Below, piece after piece: positions 59,904 through 64,000 of a DNA stretch of 64,000 nt (position 1 is the stretch's first letter; the number at the start of each line of letters is the position of its first letter). The position numbers were made by a program, and so were the translations under genes. This DNA comes from an uncultured Spirochaetota bacterium (GTDB lineage: Bacteria > Spirochaetota > Brevinematia > Brevinematales > JAOACQ01): NCBI GenBank assembly GCA_963768055.1, contig CAVYGN010000002.1:1664001-1728000 (forward strand), given 5' to 3'. The notes below the pieces were generated by a model that saw only the letters and a program-made list of their open reading frames with translations, searched no databases and was not told the origin of the DNA.

Positions 59904-60248
59904 CGATTGCCGATTATCGAATGACGATTGAAACCAGGTAATAGTAAAGATTATGATTATAGAACAAAGGTTAGCGAATAACCCCCGCCTGCGAGGGAAG
60001 CGCCCAAAGTTTTATCCTTGTGTTGAAAGCCGCCCGCGAAAAACGGCGGTAAGCCCCGCCCCTTATCGATTTTTGTTTTTTTATAAAAGAATTTGTTCTT
60101 GTAAATTAAAAACCTTAAGGGGCGGGACAGCCGTTTTGAGCGGTTGCTACCCATGCTTGCCGAGCAAAGCGGGGGCTTGTGCCTGCCGTCAGGCAGGTGC
60201 GGTTTCTTTCGGTTCGCTTTCTTTGCCGGACAAAGAAAGCGAACAGGG
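59904..60248. repeat. Structured palindromic element, copy 2
   Basis: Same stems as copy 1; 14-bp hairpin at 60212-60244; extra 24-nt insertion at 60176-60199. Confidence 0.85.
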
Positions 60249-60381
60249 AAACGGCATCGAATGCGAATCTGTAGTAAAAGTCCAGCTAAGGGATTGTACC
60301 GGGCTGAAGAGCGAGGGTAATGATTGTATTTTTTAAGTAAAATAAGTTTGAAGAAAACATAATATTTATGGAGGTTTTTAT

Positions 60382-60963
60382 ATGAAGAAAAGATTAACCA
60401 AGGTTTGCGCCATTTTATCTGCCGGAGTTTTTATGGTGATGATATCAATAGTTTCCGTCAGCATTTTCTCAGTAGCTTTATCCGGATGTTCGAATTCGCC
60501 AGGGTCATCGAGTTCTTCTAGTTCATCGGCTCCCGCTCCGACTCAATTGACGATCGTTAATTCTTCATCTGAAAGGTTAGGCTTTATTGAATGGCCTCTA
60601 GGAAGCGCCCAAGGTACATTTTTTGGATATGATGCATGGGTTACTGGTACTATTTCTTATTCTGGTTTATTTGTCGGAGACAGCGCTACTAAAGATGTTT
60701 CGCCCGGTTCCGGTTACGTTTATTTTTATCCCGATAACGGAATCTTTACAGAATATCATACAGTTGAATTAGTTACAGTGTCGAATAATCAGTCTGTTAC
60801 ATTTACTTTCACAGGCTCAACATTGGTCGTAGTCGGCCTAAAAAAATCCGGTCAAACCAATATTCAATATATACCGGTTATACCTTCAATATCTGTAATT
60901 CCTTCCATATCATATGATGAAGTAACAAACAGTTATTTTAAATTTATGGAAGGGAACAGATGA
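60382..60963 (+). CDS. Lipoprotein
   Basis: GGAGG RBS, LSGC lipobox, poly-Ser linker, beta-rich domain. Confidence 0.75.
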   Translation: MKKRLTKVCAILSAGVFMVMISIVSVSIFSVALSGCSNSPGSSSSSSSSAPAPTQLTIVNSSSERLGFIEWPLGSAQGTFFGYDAWVTGTISYSGLFVGDSATKDVSPGSGYVYFYPDNGIFTEYHTVELVTVSNNQSVTFTFTGSTLVVVGLKKSGQTNIQYIPVIPSISVIPSISYDEVTNSYFKFMEGNR

Positions 60964-61005
60964 TGAAATTTTACTGCAAGTGTATTCAATGAATAAAGAG
61001 GAAAA

Positions 61006-61227
61006 ATGATAACGGACTGGGATGAGTTCAAGGTTTGGTGCGGATGCGGCAGCAGGCTCAAGGTCCTCATATTTAATACGGCTGATAATAATGACATTAC
61101 TGAATATAACTGCCCTGAATGCGGGAAAGAGTTTACGGCGATATCCGCTATAAAGCCGAAGGTGAAACTGATTAACAGAAGGAATAACGCTGGATCGGAA
61201 TTTGAAGCTTCGACTCCGGATTTGTAA
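61006..61227 (+). CDS. Small zinc-ribbon protein
   Basis: CGCG...CPECG; GAGG RBS. Confidence 0.55.
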   Translation: MITDWDEFKVWCGCGSRLKVLIFNTADNNDITEYNCPECGKEFTAISAIKPKVKLINRRNNAGSEFEASTPDL

Positions 61228-61289
61228 TTTCACCTTCATATACTACTTTTTTAAAATATTTCAGGGGCTAAATAATCGTAAAGCAATAT

Positions 61290-63299
61290 ATGTTTAATTT
61301 TAAAATAAGGCCGCAAACAGCTATCTTATTCCTGATCTTGATTTTATCTTTCTGGCTGAACTATTTCAAAATTCATGATATAGGGTATGGAAATAGTTAT
61401 TATGCCGCAGCTGTCAGGAGCATGCTCGCAAACTTGCATAATTTTTTTTTCGCCGCCTACGATCCCGGAGGGTTTGTATCGATAGATAAACCTCCTGTCG
61501 CTTTGTGGGTTCAATGCTTGAACGCTTCGATATTCGGTTTTCACGGTTGGGCTTTACTATTGCCTCAGGCATTGGCCGGGGTGGTTTCAGTCTTGCTGCT
61601 TTATAAAATTGTCCGAAAAAATTTCGGCGAGGCCGCGGGCTTTCTGGCTGCGGGAATACTAGCCATAACTCCGGTTTTTGTTGCGGTAAACAGGACTAAT
61701 GAAGTTGACCCGATCTTGATCATGATCATAATGTTAGCAGCTGTGGCAGTAAATTCAGCCACTCAAAAAGGAAGTATGCCCCTGCTCTTGCTTTCAATGT
61801 GTTTAATTGGACTCGGTTTTAATACCAAAATGCTTCAAGCCTTTCTTGTAATTCCCGCGTTTTACGTTTTATATATAATTTCATCTCCGGTCAAAATCGG
61901 CAGAAAAGTTATAGATCTAAGCATTGCAACAGTTATATTACTGGTGATCTCATTGTCTTGGGCCTTTATCGTGGATACGGTCCCTGCAAGAGACAGGCCG
62001 TATTCCGGGAGCAGCAATAAAAATTCGGAAATTAATCTTGCCTTATTTTATAACGGAATATTCAGGATCATTCCCGAGCCCGTTTCCTACCCCATACGTC
62101 ATAACAAGGCTTATCAAATCCTGATTAAAAAATCAAGTTCCGTATTTAATAATAATATTCAATCGGAAATGAATGAATTTGCGAAGGGGAAATGGACTAC
62201 CGGAGGGGAAATCGGCTATCCGGGCTTACTTCGATTTTTTAATCAGCAAATGGCGGGGCAGATAAGCTGGCTGTTGCTGATAACTTTTTCTGGGATTATT
62301 GTTTACATTATAGGGATTAAAAAAACAGTCTTAAAAGACCAAAAACTGGAAACAGGATCTGTATTATTCTGGAGTTTCTGGGTTTTTCTGATGATGGCAT
62401 GTTTCAGTGAGGCCTCTTTTTTCCATAGATACTATCTGGCTCTGCTTGCTCCCGGTATGGCCGCTTTGTCCGGAATAGGTATTTGTAAATTAAATGATGA
62501 ATATTTAAAAAAAGAACGGTTATGGTGGATGCTTCCTGTTTCAATAACTTTGAATGCAGGTTTGCAGTTTATATTTTTATCAAGATACCCCGGTTGGTTT
62601 TTTGCGATGGTTCCAGCAATTCTCGGATTATGCATTATTTCTTCAGGTATTTTAATCTTTATAAGGTTATCCGGAAAACTTCAAAATAAAATCTTTGTCA
62701 ATATTATAGTAACAATCAGCTGTGTTGGCCTTTTCATCGCACCATTAATCTGGTCGTTAACTCCAATTTTATTCGGCGATCAAATCGCGATACCTTTTGC
62801 AGGGCCGGAACTTAAAGACGGAAAGGAATATTATTTCAATTATTTTCTTGATAACCGAATTGATGATAAAAAAGTTGTAGAATTTTTAATAAATAATAAT
62901 AAGGGTGAGAGGTATTTAGCAGGTGTCCCGAACTCCTTTATAGCCTCACAGATAATTATCGATACAGGCATGCCTGTTATGGCTATGGGCGGATATATGG
63001 GTGCCGATAACATTTTATCAATTGATGATTTAAAGAAAATGCTTGACCAGGGACAAGTCAGATTTTTTTTAATTTATAAGATACCTTCTAATATGAAAAA
63101 TATTCAAAAGATAACTATAACAGATCAATTTTCTAATATTGAAAAATTATCCGGATGGATTTCAAAAAATGGGAAACCTGTAGATGAAAATTCCTGGATG
63201 GATAAAGAAAGCAATAGTTATGGAAGTAATTCTATAAGTGAATCCGGTAATCATATCCGGGTGGAACTGCAATTGTATGACCTCAGGCCAAAAGGATGA
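61290..63299 (+). CDS. GT39/ArnT (PMT-like, YkcB-like) membrane glycosyltransferase
   Basis: NSYYAAAVRSM, SIDKPP, GFNTKMLQA, FHRYYL, VMAMGGY; multi-TM. Confidence 0.9.
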   Translation: MFNFKIRPQTAILFLILILSFWLNYFKIHDIGYGNSYYAAAVRSMLANLHNFFFAAYDPGGFVSIDKPPVALWVQCLNASIFGFHGWALLLPQALAGVVSVLLLYKIVRKNFGEAAGFLAAGILAITPVFVAVNRTNEVDPILIMIIMLAAVAVNSATQKGSMPLLLLSMCLIGLGFNTKMLQAFLVIPAFYVLYIISSPVKIGRKVIDLSIATVILLVISLSWAFIVDTVPARDRPYSGSSNKNSEINLALFYNGIFRIIPEPVSYPIRHNKAYQILIKKSSSVFNNNIQSEMNEFAKGKWTTGGEIGYPGLLRFFNQQMAGQISWLLLITFSGIIVYIIGIKKTVLKDQKLETGSVLFWSFWVFLMMACFSEASFFHRYYLALLAPGMAALSGIGICKLNDEYLKKERLWWMLPVSITLNAGLQFIFLSRYPGWFFAMVPAILGLCIISSGILIFIRLSGKLQNKIFVNIIVTISCVGLFIAPLIWSLTPILFGDQIAIPFAGPELKDGKEYYFNYFLDNRIDDKKVVEFLINNNKGERYLAGVPNSFIASQIIIDTGMPVMAMGGYMGADNILSIDDLKKMLDQGQVRFFLIYKIPSNMKNIQKITITDQFSNIEKLSGWISKNGKPVDENSWMDKESNSYGSNSISESGNHIRVELQLYDLRPKG

Positions 63300-63610
63300 A
63301 GAAAAATTTTAAACAGGGATTCGATTTAAAAATCCACCTTGCATAATTCCAGACTCTGTAGTATAATAAATGAGTGTGTACAAATTGTATACGATTTGTG
63401 TACAGTGATTTTCCTTCAATATGAAATATGTGTTTTGTAATTGGTTGTTAGTGAAGAAATTAGAAAAAAGGGAAAGTTCTATCGATTCCGAGGGGATCAA
63501 CATACCTATCTATTTCAGTGTTTTTCTTCCAGCCAGAGCCGAAGATGCCGAAAGGTACCGGGCAAGGAATTAGCCGCAGATACATATGGATGAGAACGGA
63601 TTGAAAAATT

Positions 63611-64000
63611 TTAAGGATTTTTGTCAATGGCCTTGCCTAAGGCCTTATCTATAGCCTCGATAAGTTTTTCCTTCCGGACGGGTTTTAAAAGGATATCGGT
63701 GCAGCCGATATTACGGGATAAATCGATATTTTCAGAGTCTATATAACCTGTCAGCATGATAACCGGCAGATCCGGATTGTTTTTCCTGATTTCCCTTAAA
63801 ATCTCGATCCCGTTGTCATCCATCAATTTTATATCGCAGATGACGGTGTCTATATTCTCGGAGGCTATTATTTTAAAAGCTTCATGACGGTTCGAAGCTT
63901 CGAACGCGCATTTACCGCTTGAGGTAATCTGGGAAACAATAACCTTTCTTATTTGAGGTTCGTCGTCGATTATCAGGATTTTTTTTAACCTTTCAACATC
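63611..64000 (-). CDS. Response regulator receiver domain (5' part off window)
   Basis: ILIIDDE...ICDIKL...PVIMLTG...LLKP in one frame open to the window end. Confidence 0.9.
   Translation of the reverse strand, partial: DVERLKKILIIDDEPQIRKVIVSQITSSGKCAFEASNRHEAFKIIASENIDTVICDIKLMDDNGIEILREIRKNNPDLPVIMLTGYIDSENIDLSRNIGCTDILLKPVRKEKLIEAIDKALGKAIDKNP

Noticed and set aside
55230..60248. Integron attC sites or rho-independent terminators
   Set aside because: No RYYYAAC/GTTRRRY ends, too long, no integron integrase, and no U-tract after the hairpin on either strand.
59953..60336. 127-aa ORF, and the first ~97 aa of ORF 55279, as real proteins
   Set aside because: They are translations of the palindromic element with no convincing RBS. 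Both copies do stay open, so translation is not fully excluded.

Overview
AT-rich bacterial DNA; the lipoboxes and gene content suggest a spirochaete (inference only). There are three blocks. (1) 1-18184 is a defence/mobile island. It holds an IS1595-family transporter IS (1921-6699, 24-bp TIRs, 8-bp TSD) carrying a single-chain R-M enzyme, a radical SAM-SPASM-HD fusion, a dead IS4, toxin-antitoxin pairs and an AEP primase-SF2 helicase fusion. (2) 18185-31973 is a second accessory block with pseudogenes, an IS21 remnant, a 7TM-DISM-LuxR regulator and secreted proteases. Blocks 1 and 2 both end in the same 16-bp tRNA-Ser-3'-like att core. (3) 32230-60963 is the highlight. An operon (TPR, lipoprotein, TolC, MFP, two Ig-like lipoproteins, two RND permeases) and a 2595-aa exported protein each lie behind a copy of the same ~150-bp promoter. 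They are followed by a polymorphic-toxin-style array: C-terminal (CT) domain plus partner gene, then an orphan CT with a 246-bp homology arm and its own partner. Repeated DUF3467 genes and a ~320-bp palindromic element mark the junctions. The window ends with a GT39/ArnT-like glycosyltransferase and a partial receiver domain. I saw no rRNA, complete tRNA or CRISPR array. All family assignments come from motif recognition by eye, not database searches.
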